DNA from: Octopus bimaculoides
Lineage: Eukaryota
Reading direction: 5' to 3'
NCBI RefSeq assembly: GCF_001194135.2
Contig: NC_068981.1
Location: 37,369,940-37,433,939 of the forward strand
Length of the DNA stretch: 64,000 nt
Position 1 is the stretch's first letter. Every line of letters starts with the position of its first letter. This document shows positions 25,036-36,088 of this stretch, in pieces. A model generated the notes under the pieces. The model did not search any database, was not told the DNA's origin, and was given only the letters and a program-made list of their open reading frames with translations. The position numbers and the translations under genes were made by a program.

Positions 25036-25584
25036 AGAATACTACCATAACTACCACTACCAGCATTGCAAAAGCCAGTAGCAGCATCACCATCACCACC
25101 ACCACCACCACCGTTGCTATTTCGTTTCTCTTTGCTTTCTTTTTCTCCTTGCTTTTCTACATTTTATTCTTTCCTTTTTCTTTTTCTTTTTTTTTGTTTC
25201 TCCAGATTCTATCCATAAATTTCATCCCAGCTCCATTCATATTCTATTTGTTCTCCACTTTCTCTCCTCCTTCCTCATCCCTTTTTTTTTAATATTTATT
25301 ATTATTATTTTATTTTCAGCACCTTAAATGGCTACTCTTAAATTTTGATCCACCCTATTCTTTGCCACCCCATTTCCATTTATCTTCTGTCCCCACCTTT
25401 TTTCCACCCACATCTCACTGGCCAACCTTTATAATTTACTTCTGCTGCATTTCCTTCCTCCCTAATATAGTAGCCTTTATTCCTACAACCTCCCACCTTA
25501 CACACACTCCATCCTCATCTTTCTATTCAGTCTCATTTACCCACTATCCCTCTACTCCACTCATCTATTTTCATTCATGAAATG

Positions 25585-26085
25585 AACCTATGAGGGAGGC
25601 CTTTACATGGTCGCTTGCCCAGCAGAAATAGCAGCCACGTCTCTCTAAAACCACTTCAAAACTAACTAAATATATAGAAGTAAAGAACACAATCCTAGAC
25701 CTGAAATAAAGATGGAATGGTCACGGCTGGAATGCCTTTCCTCATAGGTCTGCTCATTCAGAACCCATCAGGAGCTCCAAAATAACTACTATTCATCTTC
25801 CATCCATCATTCCCTTTCTTTACTGCTTTTTTGCCTCCCACTAATAGCTTCCAATTTTAACCATTTTTAACTTCATGGAGGGACTCTATATGGTCAATCA
25901 ATCTGCTAGAAATGCCTGCCAAATTTCTTTGAAATCACATTTTGTTGTCTTAAGGATGAAAGAACACATGGCATAATATCATCCTCGGTTCAACATTCCT
26001 GAAAAATAGGTGAAATAGTCATAGTTGAAATGCCTTTAGTAATATGTCCACCCAATAATCGATGACCTACGGCTAAACAACAGCT
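25585..26085 (+). mobile_element. Two same-orientation module D copies
   Basis: Units start near 25590 and 25875. Confidence 0.7.
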
Positions 26086-26297
26086 TCATTATCATCATGC
26101 CATCACATCTTCATTATCATCATCCCCACCCATTGGTATTGTGGACACTTCCTTGCTTTCAGCAATGAATATGCAGTTATTTGACCAACAGAATTCCTGC
26201 TTAAGACATTAATCTGTAAGTGGCTGTGTATTCCACAGACACATGTACACTCAAGTGAAATCCATATGCCACAATATGACCAGGACAGGCCTTTGAA

Positions 26298-26306
26298 TGA
26301 GAGAGA

Positions 26307-26357
<51 letters not shown>

Positions 26358-26456
26358 NNNNNNNNNNNNNNNNNNNNNNNNNNNNNNNNNNNNNNNNNNN
26401 NNNNNNNNNNNNNNNNNNNNNNNNNNNNNNNNNNNNNNNNNNNNNNNNNNNNNNNN

Positions 26457-26499
<43 letters not shown>
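26298..26499. repeat. (GA)n microsatellite spanning a gap
   Basis: Direct reading. Confidence 0.95.
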
Positions 26500-26500
<1 letters not shown>

Positions 26501-27097
26501 AGTTATTAAATAAAATAGAGGAAAATCTCTCTCTGAACACACCTTTCTATCATAAAAAATGAAATAGATACATTGGATCATAGTCTAGAAACAAATAAGA
26601 GTGTATAGACATGCTTAGAAATTTTTTGACCACTATCCCCCCACCACCACCACTGCCGTTGTCACCATCATCCTCACCATCATCATTACTGACATGAGTT
26701 GGATGGCTCAACAGGAACCAGAGTCAGCAGACCATAACAAGCTCCAGGGTCTACTTTGACAGTTTCTATGACTGGTTATTTTTTGTAATGCCAACCACTT
26801 TACAGGGTGTACTGGATTCTTTTTGTGATACAGCCACTAATAGGGTTACTATGTAAATCATAAGACTAACAAGAAAACCTTAACTGAGTGGAGGGTATTG
26901 GAAAGAGAGGCAGCTTTACATCACATGTTGGGAGATTAAATTATGATAGAGGGACAGAAAGAGAAAGAAATACATGCTGTGGAAGTGATACATGGTTATC
27001 CCATTTTATATAAAGGTGGATGAGAGTAACTGGAAAGGGAGCCAAAGATGGTGATGATGAGGTGTCAGGACATATTTTCAAGATACATGATGCAGGT

Positions 27098-27690
27098 GCA
27101 GATGTGGCTGTGTGGTAAGGAGCTTGCTTCCCAACCACATGATTCTGATTTCAGTCTCACTGTGTGGCACCATGAGCACATATCTTCTACAATAGTCTTG
27201 GGCTAACCAAAGCCTAGTGAGTGGATTTGGTAGATGGAAACTGAAAGAAGTCCATCGTGTATATATATATAACCCTAACCCTACACTCTCTGAGTGGTTG
27301 ACGTTAGGAAGGGCATCCAGCTGTAGAAACTCTGCCAAATTTAGATTGGAGCCTGGTGTTGCCATCCGGTTTCACCAGTCCTCAGTCAAATCGTCCAACC
27401 CATGCTAGCATGGAAAGCGGACGTTAAACGATGATGATGATGATGATGATATATATATATATATGTATGTGTTTATTTGTGTGTGTCTGTGTTTGACCTG
27501 CCATCGCTTGATAATCAATGTTAGTGTGTTTTGGCCCTTGTAATTTAGCAGTTCAGCAAAGAGACGGATAGAATAAGTACTAGGCTTACAAAGAATACGT
27601 TCTGGGGCTGATTTCTTGACTAAAACCCCTTTAAGGCAGTGCTCCAGCATGGCTGCAGTCAAAAATGACTGAAACAAGTACAATAATGAA
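27098..27690 (+). mobile_element. SINE family B, full length, interrupted by module C
   Basis: TGGCTGTGTGGTAAG head, GGATTTGGTAGATGGAAACTGAAAGAAG core, tail ending ATGACTGAAACAAGT. Confidence 0.9.
27271..27440 (+). mobile_element. Young 5'-truncated module C (RTE 3'-end-like) insertion
   Basis: AGGAAGGGCATCCAGCTGTAGAAACTCTGCC...GGAAAGCGGACGTTAAACG(ATG)n, near-identical to the copies at 51848 and 60271. TA-repeat flanks. Confidence 0.9.
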
Positions 27691-28189
27691 AGAATGTATA
27701 GAAGAAAGAATGGGGACAGAAGATTGGGAAAGGTAAGTGGAAAAAGCTCACAAGAGTGTCAGAGGAGATTGACAAATGATAAGAGATGGTGGTAGAGGGT
27801 AACATAGGAGTATTTCATTCATGAATGAAAGGTATGTAAAGTATGTATATCACCTTGGGTTAAAAAGAATATGGCAATTTCTTGGAAGATACAAAAAAAA
27901 AAAATTTTAAAAGCATTTTCCTTATATTTAGAATTTCTCATATACACAATCAAAGCTTGCTTTCAGCGAAGTTGAAGAATTAAAATATATACAATCAATG
28001 TTTACTTCCAGCTCAGCCAAAAGCTGAACACATGCACAGGTGGAGATTGTTTATAGCCCAGCGGAGAACTTTGTGCGTGCACAATTGGAGCTTGCTTCCA
28101 GGCAAGCCAGCAGTACAAAGCTAGGCTACGAACACCTAACTCATGTCTTAGCATTCAGATACTGATTAATAATTAATCTATAAATATAT

Positions 28190-28480
28190 TGTTACCTCTG
28201 CCTTTGTGAAGGCGGAGGTATTGTTTTCCGTCATGTTTGTTTCTTTGTTTGTCCGTAGACAAGATATCTCAAGAACCGCTGGATGGATTTGGATGAAACT
28301 TTTAGCGATGTTTGACCTTGTGACTGGCATGAACTAAATAGATTTTGGGATCGATCCAGTATCAAACAAGGATTTTGGATTATTTTTCCTGTTGGGTTTG
28401 TTTTTAGTATTCTTGTTTGTGAGAGCAGTTGAATTTATTTCAGATATTCTCATTTTAAAAATCATCTCTGGCTTATTGTT
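28190..28480 (+). mobile_element. Helentron/HINE-type non-autonomous element
   Basis: Subterminal hairpin CCTCTGCCTT-tgtg-AAGGCGGAGG (28195-28218), then GATATCTCAAGAACCGCTGGATGGATTTGGATGAAAC. Confidence 0.6.
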
Positions 28481-28640
28481 GTCTGTCTTTATGTTCTGAG
28501 TTCAAATTATGCTGAAGTCAACTTAGCCTTTCTTTCTTTTAGAGTCAAAGAAATAAATACCAGTCAAGCACTGGGTCAACGTAATCCACTTACCCCATTT
28601 GCAAAAATTGCTAGCCTTGTGTGAAAATATGAAACTAATA
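28480..28640 (+). mobile_element. SINE family A, 5'-truncated
   Basis: ATGTTCTGAGTTCAAATT...GCCTTGTG. Confidence 0.75.
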
Positions 28641-28994
28641 TATAAAATTACTTTATTGGTATTGAACATTGACCACACCTCTACTTGTGTGTCCCATTCA
28701 CTATCTCCATCTCTAACCATCTGTCAGACTCTTGTGAACATACCTATCCAATCCACTAGCCCTTTTTGATCCTATATGTTAATCCTTTCTTTTATATTCA
28801 CCCCACATCTTGAGGGTATGCTTTTACCATCTTTTGCTCTCTTACGAGTTGGAGAAGCCATGCATTTCCTCTTCATCAAGACACTTGTTACCTGCTCAAT
28901 ACTACACCTCCACTCAGTGAAGGGGATTTGCTTTGTGAGTTGCTTAGTAACCTCACTAGTGCTTGCATGATAAAAAAAAAAGAAAAGAAAAGCA

Positions 28995-29170
28995 AACAAC
29001 ATTCAATACACTCTTTAAAATGGCTGGCATTAAGAAGGGTGTCCAACTATAGAAACCATGCAAAAGCAGAGACTGGGACTTGTTGAAGTTGGTTCCTGTT
29101 GGACCACCCAACTCATGCCAGCATGGAAAAGGTTATTAAATAATAATGATGATGACACTGATGATGGTGA
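28995..29170 (+). mobile_element. Module C/E 3' stub
   Basis: GGCTGGCATTAAGAAGGGTGTCCAAC...ATGCCAGCATGGAAAAG, then (GAT)n. Confidence 0.6.
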
Positions 29171-29874
29171 TGTAGTTATTGGTTTGTTTTATGAGTGGTT
29201 TCTAAATAAATGCCTAACATTACTTCAATCTTTTAAGCTTATTCTGACTGCAAAACTTTATCATGATTATGAGTTTTTTTTTGTTTTTTTTTTGTAGCTA
29301 GTTAAATCCCATTTAGCTTACTTTTTTTAAGGGAAAAATAATATAACTGATACAAGATGCCAATACAAAATTAAACTTTTTGAAAGTAAACAAAGGATAT
29401 ACAAGAAAGTGTGAGTTTAAGAATCTTGCAAGTAGTTATGTGGAAATGTCTCTAAAAAGAAAATGCATTGTTAGCTATGTTGGTTATTTTCAGAAGAAAA
29501 TCTGGTATTAAGCTCTGTAAATAAGGATATAATGATCTAAATAACCTGCATACAGCAATCACTCATGAAAAGTCATTGATTCAGTTACAAACATATGCTA
29601 ATTTAAAACAATTTTGATAAAAAGGTAGCATCAATTTAGTGCTAAGCAGAAATTACTTGTATCATTGTATTAACAGACAAAAGGATGTTTAGTAAAACAG
29701 AGATGATTTTAAAAGACTTGATTTTTGGACATGTAAGAATTGATTTTCATAGTTTTGATGAAAGTGAGTCATACAAAAGCAGGAGTATCTCTTGAATTAG
29801 CCAGCACTCTTGATGATTTTGAGTGTGTGTGTTGTGTGTATGCATCATCATCATCGTTTAACGTCCGCTTTCCT

Positions 29875-30060
29875 GCCCCATCTGATTATCAGTTATTCCA
29901 CAGACTTCAAAATCATTTGGACAGAAAAAGTATGAATTGTGTAGATAAGGTTGAAACAGTACTGAAGGAGTATTTTTCATCACGGAGAAGTGAATTTTGG
30001 AAGAGGAGCCTTGCAAGTCTACCAGAGAGATGGAAGAGTATTGTAGAAAATAAAGGAGAG
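29875..30060 (+). mobile_element. Mariner transposase C-terminal fragment
   Basis: APSDYQLFHRLQNHLDRK...EFWKRSLASLPERWKSIVENKGE, matching the mariner (L)APSDY...LPERW..VV...GEY region. Confidence 0.9.
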
Positions 30061-30086
30061 TTTACAAGTGGTGTCTCAATGGGTAC

Positions 30087-30138
30087 AGACACCTCTGATG
30101 AGGCTCCAAGAAGGATTGAAAATTGATTAAAGTTGTTT
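30087..30138 (+). ncRNA. Type I hammerhead ribozyme motif (PLE-type), core complete, helices partly decayed
   Basis: AGACACCT-CTGATGA-GGCTCCaagaaGGATT-GAAA-ATTGATTA-aAGTTGTTT. Confidence 0.55.
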
Positions 30139-30869
30139 CTTCTTTTTTTCTAATTTACAAAGAAATAGATAAGTATGACATGTTTCTATATCTACTTTGT
30201 ATGTCAGTGTTTTCGTTTCTGTATCTCTGTTTCTGTTTACTTTGGTTAAAAATTCAATCTTTTGTGTCCTCCTATGCCTTGTAGTTTAGTGATTTGACAA
30301 ACAGAGATTGATGAAGTAAGTACTAGAAATGATATGGTCAACAAAATTCTCCAAAAAATAGTGATCCAGCAAAGCAGTACAAAAAGATATAATAGGTTTC
30401 CATATGAAATTCCAGTAACAAAACACGGGTGAAAAGATTCTTGCTCAAATGCTGGGATATAGGATAGTACCTAAATCAGCATGGTTGCAAAGCAGACAGA
30501 GTTTTGTTAGTTTTCTCTAACTCTCAGCTCACTGCCAGTTTCTACTTGTCTCATCATTCTTGTTCATATCTCTTGTTTTGTCATATCATTTAGAATTGTA
30601 TATATATATATAATATAATAAAGACTCCCATGGCTGAAATGGTATTTATTCATTCATTTTGTGTATTTCTCTGCACAACCAACTCATTTGCTTTTTCCAC
30701 ACATTTCCACTTCTTATTGTCACCATTCCTATTCTCCTCCTCTCTTTATTCTTACACTTTTCTTCTTATTTTTATATCTTAATGCTTAAAACAAACTGCT
30801 TTACGCACCCTGCTTATCGGTGATTATTTTTGTTATTATTTTATGAACATTGTTAATTTTTGTTAATGT

Positions 30870-31023
30870 ATTAAAGATCATCAAAACATTGCTACTGCTG
30901 CCAAAACGACTACCACTACTACTACTACTACTACCACCACGACTACTTCTGCTGCCACCACCACCACCACCACTACCACCACCACCACTGCTGCTGCCAC
31001 CAATGCTGTCACTACTGCCGCTG

Positions 31024-31064
<41 letters not shown>

Positions 31065-31090
31065 GCTACTGCTGCTGCTGCTACTTTTTG
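30870..31090. repeat. Mosaic trinucleotide repeat (CTA/CCA/CTG)
   Basis: Direct reading. Confidence 0.9.
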
Positions 31091-31619
31091 TTAAGCACAT
31101 AGCATCTGAACATCAACTATTTGATATTTTCCCTCTCTATCAGTGAAATGGTAAAAACAAAAATAAAACAAAAAACAAAATGGTAACAATAAAAGAAAAA
31201 CAAAACAAAATATTAACAAAATAAAAGGTCAGATTAAGATACGACAAGATATTTTCTCTCAACGAACTTCTAGTAATGTCTTTTATTTCAAATGAGAAAG
31301 CTACTTCCGGATGCTGTGAAAAGAACGAAAATGCAAAGTTTTGTCTCTAATTGCATAGAATAAACAAATAGACCAGCAAACAAACAAATAAACAAAGCAA
31401 AAAAACTGATGTGACAAAAACCCATAGTAATGGCATTACTAAGCAGTTTTCTTTATCATCGCGTTTCAATGAATCCACCGATTGTTAATAGTGTGAATGA
31501 GAAAATATAGCTTTCTTAATCAGATAATTTAGACATAGCAAGCAAACAAACTGTATGTGTTATCCACACACATACAAACAGACCTACCCTGTACTCTCCA
31601 CTCATATACCCCACCCCAA

Positions 31620-31780
31620 AGCACAAACACATATGTATGTCTGTACATATATATACATAATATACATTCTGTATATATATGTGTGTGCGTGTATATATAT
31701 ATATATACAAACAAACACAAACACACTCACATATGCACACACATAGAGACGCACACACATAGAGACGCACACACATAGAG

Positions 31781-31820
<40 letters not shown>

Positions 31821-32027
31821 TTCTATATACATATATGTATATGCATATATATATACATCTATATATAGATATATATATTGTATGTAAATAAATACATATA
31901 TACAACATACATGCACATATATGCATGTAAACATGCCTATATCTATATGAGTATATATATATATGCTACATATATATATATATATATATATATAACAGCA
32001 TGTATGCATATTCATACATATACATAT

Positions 32028-32097
<70 letters not shown>

Positions 32098-32105
32098 GTA
32101 CACAC
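31620..32105. repeat. Compound (TA)/(CA) microsatellite including three copies of a 16-mer (ACACACATAGAGACGC)
   Basis: Direct reading. Confidence 0.9.
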
Positions 32106-32475
32106 ACATCAGGTATTTAAAAGTGTAAGAAGTTTACTGAAAGATATAAGATGAAGAAGGAAAATTTATATGATAATGTCTCATTTGAAATTATGGATTT
32201 TAGAAAATTAATGTGAATTTCTTCAAATCTATTTCCTCAGCTTCAATAATCTCTAAACAATAGCAGCAAATACAGAAAAATAAAATAAAAAGCAAATGTA
32301 AAATTTTTGTATTATAGTATAAAAATAATGAGATTATCGATGCAGAAATAGCATTTTCTTTGCAAGTTAATATTATTCTTAGAGTGAAATATATTTTCCC
32401 CAGCGATAATAGTCATTAATGTAATGCTTGTCATAGTTCATATACTAGTATATTGACTCATTAATATCATATTGC

Positions 32476-32514
<39 letters not shown>

Positions 32515-32779
32515 TCTTTTACCAGATTTAATCATTGGATTGCAGCCATACTGTGAGACTGCTTTAAGTGTTTTAGCTAACTGTGCTTATTTCAATCTGG
32601 TGCTTAGTTTATTGATCTTTATGCTACAAATCACCAAGTTGCAGTTTATTTCATAGTCAAACCCAACAGGCTGGCTTGAATTTATGCAGTGTGCATAAGA
32701 TATTTGAGGACAGATTTATGTATATAAAAAAAAAGAAAAAACATATAGAGTAACAGATAACTTTATTTATCAAAAAATG

Positions 32780-33530
32780 CTATGAGGATAAAAATAAACC
32801 TTTTTTTATAAAATGTTATTCAATAAAGCCACCTTCAGCTTCAACAACTGCTTCTACATGAGACCTAAATTATCTACATGCTCGAATCAAGTGGTCCTGG
32901 TTCATTTTGGACATTACTCTGACTATGGCAGCTTTCAAAGAATCTTTGGTTTTATGGGCGTGTACATTGACCTCTCACTCAACAATGCTCCACATGTAAT
33001 AGTCCAATGGATTGAGATCTGGAGAATTAGGAGGCCAAATGTTAGGGGTTATATGATTATGAAAATTTTCTGCCATCCAATCCTGTGTTACTAGAGCCAT
33101 GTGTGATAGTGCAGAGTCTTACTGAAACACACATGGCTTTCCATTGCATACACTGTCTATCCAGGGCTTAACAATTGTTTCCAGGACCTCAATGTAGGTT
33201 TCAAAATTTCACTCTAAGGCCTTGTGGAAGGAAGTAAGGAGGTATCACATGCCTTTCATTGCTGACAACCCTTAAAACCATGACAGTTGCAGGAAGTTTT
33301 GTATGCATAACACTTGGAACTTCAGAAGGGTCTGCACATAACCAACTTCCATTTCTTCTGTTAACTTTTTGATCTTGGTCAAATTTTTTCTCTTTTGAGA
33401 AAAAACAAATTAAATCTTCTGGATTTTTTTGTTTGTTTATGAACCTTTTAGATCTGATGTAGTGATTTTCTTTCCTCATCATATAAGACTTATATCTGAT
33501 GTCATCGTGGACAATATTTCCATTCCTTCT
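32780..33530 (-). mobile_element. Tc1/mariner-superfamily DD37D (maT) transposase relic, 3' half
   Basis: FSKEKKFDQDQKVNRRN, VFQ*DSALSH...WPPNSPDLNPLDY with 37 residues between the second and third D, ending EAEGGFIE*. Several stops. Confidence 0.9.
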
Positions 33531-33535
33531 GACAC

Positions 33536-33539
<4 letters not shown>

Positions 33540-33572
<33 letters not shown>

Positions 33573-33620
33573 TAATAATCATCATCATCATCATCATCAT
33601 AATAATAATAATAATAATTA
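33540..33620. repeat. (AAT)n(CAT)n(AAT)n microsatellite
   Basis: Direct reading. Confidence 0.95.
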
Positions 33621-35680
33621 TAATAATGATAACACCGAAAAATACCTTAGGAATGAGAATCCAGGTTCAAAATTTCTCCAAGATACTTGATGAAGACTGG
33701 AGGGTATATCAGCCAAAACGTTGTGTCAACAACAAAGATGAGGACAAATATCTGTCAAATATAAATAATGTAAATAATGTACATTATTCCTCATCTCTTA
33801 AATATAGAACTGGAGTACATTTATATTTAATTAAGTTAATTTAATTCAATCATGAATTTACATCATTATTATTACATTTCTGTACAAAATGATCGTCTGT
33901 AAGAATTAAACTTCTTATATATTTTAACAACTTGTCTCCTACATTTTTAACTAAATTGATGATTTTTATGGGACTTCATTCCATAAATTCACCATACATT
34001 ATATACAAGTACTACTTTTATATCATCACAAATTTACATCTGTAAACTCCCAGCAAAGTATGAAGAATCAACATAAGAAATCTTGTTTGGAAACATCCAA
34101 ATTAAAGGACAAATCCACATTCAACCTTTATACATATATATTACTATTATCATTTTAATAACCTTTATTAATAAGAACTTAATTTCTAAGAAATAAAAAT
34201 AAAGAATAAAATGGAGAAGATTGAAATGGAAACATCTCATAAGTATGTACCTTTGCCTACTCATAAGGAGTACATTAAGGATATCATAGCTAAATTCCAT
34301 GGTCTCACCAGAAGAATGAAATGGAAGGCTCTATTCTTTGGCAAAGAAAATAGTATGGAAGGAAAATTAGACAATGAAACAAACAAAGAACTCATTAAAA
34401 TTAGAAGTAATTTTAAATCCTGGAAAGTCACCCCAGCAAACCGTATATTAGAAAATTTTGAAGACCTATGGAAACTACTTAGAAATATTAAGTTTAAAAC
34501 ATTTTCAGGAATAAACACCTGTGTAATTTGAATCATAAAGTTAATGAACTTCGAAAATTGAAAGGTATTATCATATAGACTGATAAAACCGGAAATCTAT
34601 ACCACATAGATGTAGATCTATACCATAATCTCCTACACAAAGAAATTACAAAACAAATATAAGACAACAAACAAAGATGTTCTTAAATCCATTAATATTA
34701 AAACCAAAGAAATAATGAGTGAATACAGAATTGACGAAGTAACTGAAGTTTATGAACCATTTAGACCTAGAATTAGCCTAAAAGACCACAATCCTAACTT
34801 TCACACCGATCCAAATGTAAAGCTCATCTGCCCTTGTAAATCTGACCTAGGAAAACTAAGCAAAATCATTATAGACAAATACCTGCAATTACTTAAATCC
34901 AAAATAAAACTCCACCTTTGGTCAAAAACACTAGATGCAATTAACTGTTTCACTAATCTACAAGATAAGACAAATTGTAAATTCATCCAACTGGACATAA
35001 ACAACTATTACCAATCTATTAAACTCATCTTACTAAATAAGGCACTTATCTTTGCCAAGAATAGAACTAAATTATTAATGAAAGAAATCATAATCATACT
35101 TGAAGTTAGAAAGACTGTAATATTACATGAAGGTAAATTGGACCAGGAAAAAACACACTAGACTGTTTTGATATACCCATGGGTGCACAAGACAACACAG
35201 AGGTAACCGACTTAGTCAGGATTTACCTGCTACACCAATTTAAAGAAGAATTCCCTGAATTAGAAGGTGGACTAGACTGTTCTTAGTTAGGAACACCTCC
35301 AACAGAAAACTAGAACTCTACAAAAAGTGACTACATACTTTTTAAAAACCAATGACTATCTATTATCATTGAAAATGATAACAAATCTGTTACTTCCTAG
35401 ACGTCAACTTCAATCTTAATACTTCTACCCACCAACCTTACCATAAACCTAACACCAATATAACATACATAAATGTGCATGGCAACCATCCAAATAACAT
35501 TATAGAAAACCTGACCACTAACATAGAGAGAAGAATAATTCTACTATCATCTTATGAGGAAATATTTAGCAAACACAAGGACTATTATAACCTGGCACTT
35601 AAGAAGGCAGGATATAATTATGAAATTAAGTATGAAAAACCAGCTTTAAAGTATAAATATAAATTTTTTGAATCAGCAAT
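33620..35680 (+). mobile_element. Penelope-like element: pseudo-LTR plus decayed RT ORF, 3' (GIY-YIG) part missing
   Basis: YVPLPTHKEYIKD, RRMKWKALFF, PRISLKDHNPNF, LICPCKSDLGKLSK, FIQLDINNYYQSI, MGAQDNTEVTDLV, HGNHPNNIIENL, LALKKAGY. The catalytic YxDD segment is lost near 35270. Confidence 0.88.
33682..33727 (+). ncRNA. Degenerate type I hammerhead ribozyme in the PLE pseudo-LTR
   Basis: GATAC-tTGATGA-AGACTG..CAGCC-aAAACGTT-GTGTC. Helix I pairs and helix III is the palindrome AACGTT, but C3 and G12 are mutated. Confidence 0.6.
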
Positions 35681-35957
35681 GTTGTGTTCCGTTAAGTCCT
35701 ATTTGGAGTGATAAATCAAAAAAACTGATTCCTTATAGGGTTTTCCATTCAATCAGGATGAAAAATCGATAAACCAATTTCTTATAGGATTTCTCACTAA
35801 AACTGGCTACACCCCATTTTCAACCATAACTTTTACCAATTTTGATGTATTTTGTTCAAACTTGATGCCGACGTTACTTAGTTTGGTTTGAAACAAAACG
35901 CTTGATTAGCTTAATAATCCTAACTTAATCTCGGGCAATGCTGGGCTATACGGCTAG
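35680..35957 (+). mobile_element. Non-autonomous Helitron 3' end
   Basis: GC-rich CGGGCAATGCTGGG imperfect hairpin followed by terminal CTAG (35954-35957) and T. Confidence 0.65.
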
Positions 35958-35958
35958 T

Positions 35959-35974
35959 ATATACATACATACAT

Positions 35975-36007
<33 letters not shown>

Positions 36008-36011
36008 CATA

Positions 36012-36087
<76 letters not shown>
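35959..36087. repeat. (TA)n-dominated microsatellite
   Basis: Direct reading. Confidence 0.95.

Positions 36088-36088
<1 letters not shown>

Noticed and set aside
29740-30126. 128-aa ORF as a real gene
   Set aside because: It is a patchwork of SINE, RTE-tail, mariner and PLE-tail sequence, and starts at TTG.
30801-31146. Poly-Ser/Gly and poly-Leu/Pro ORFs
   Set aside because: Trinucleotide repeats are stop-free by construction; there is no splice or homology support.
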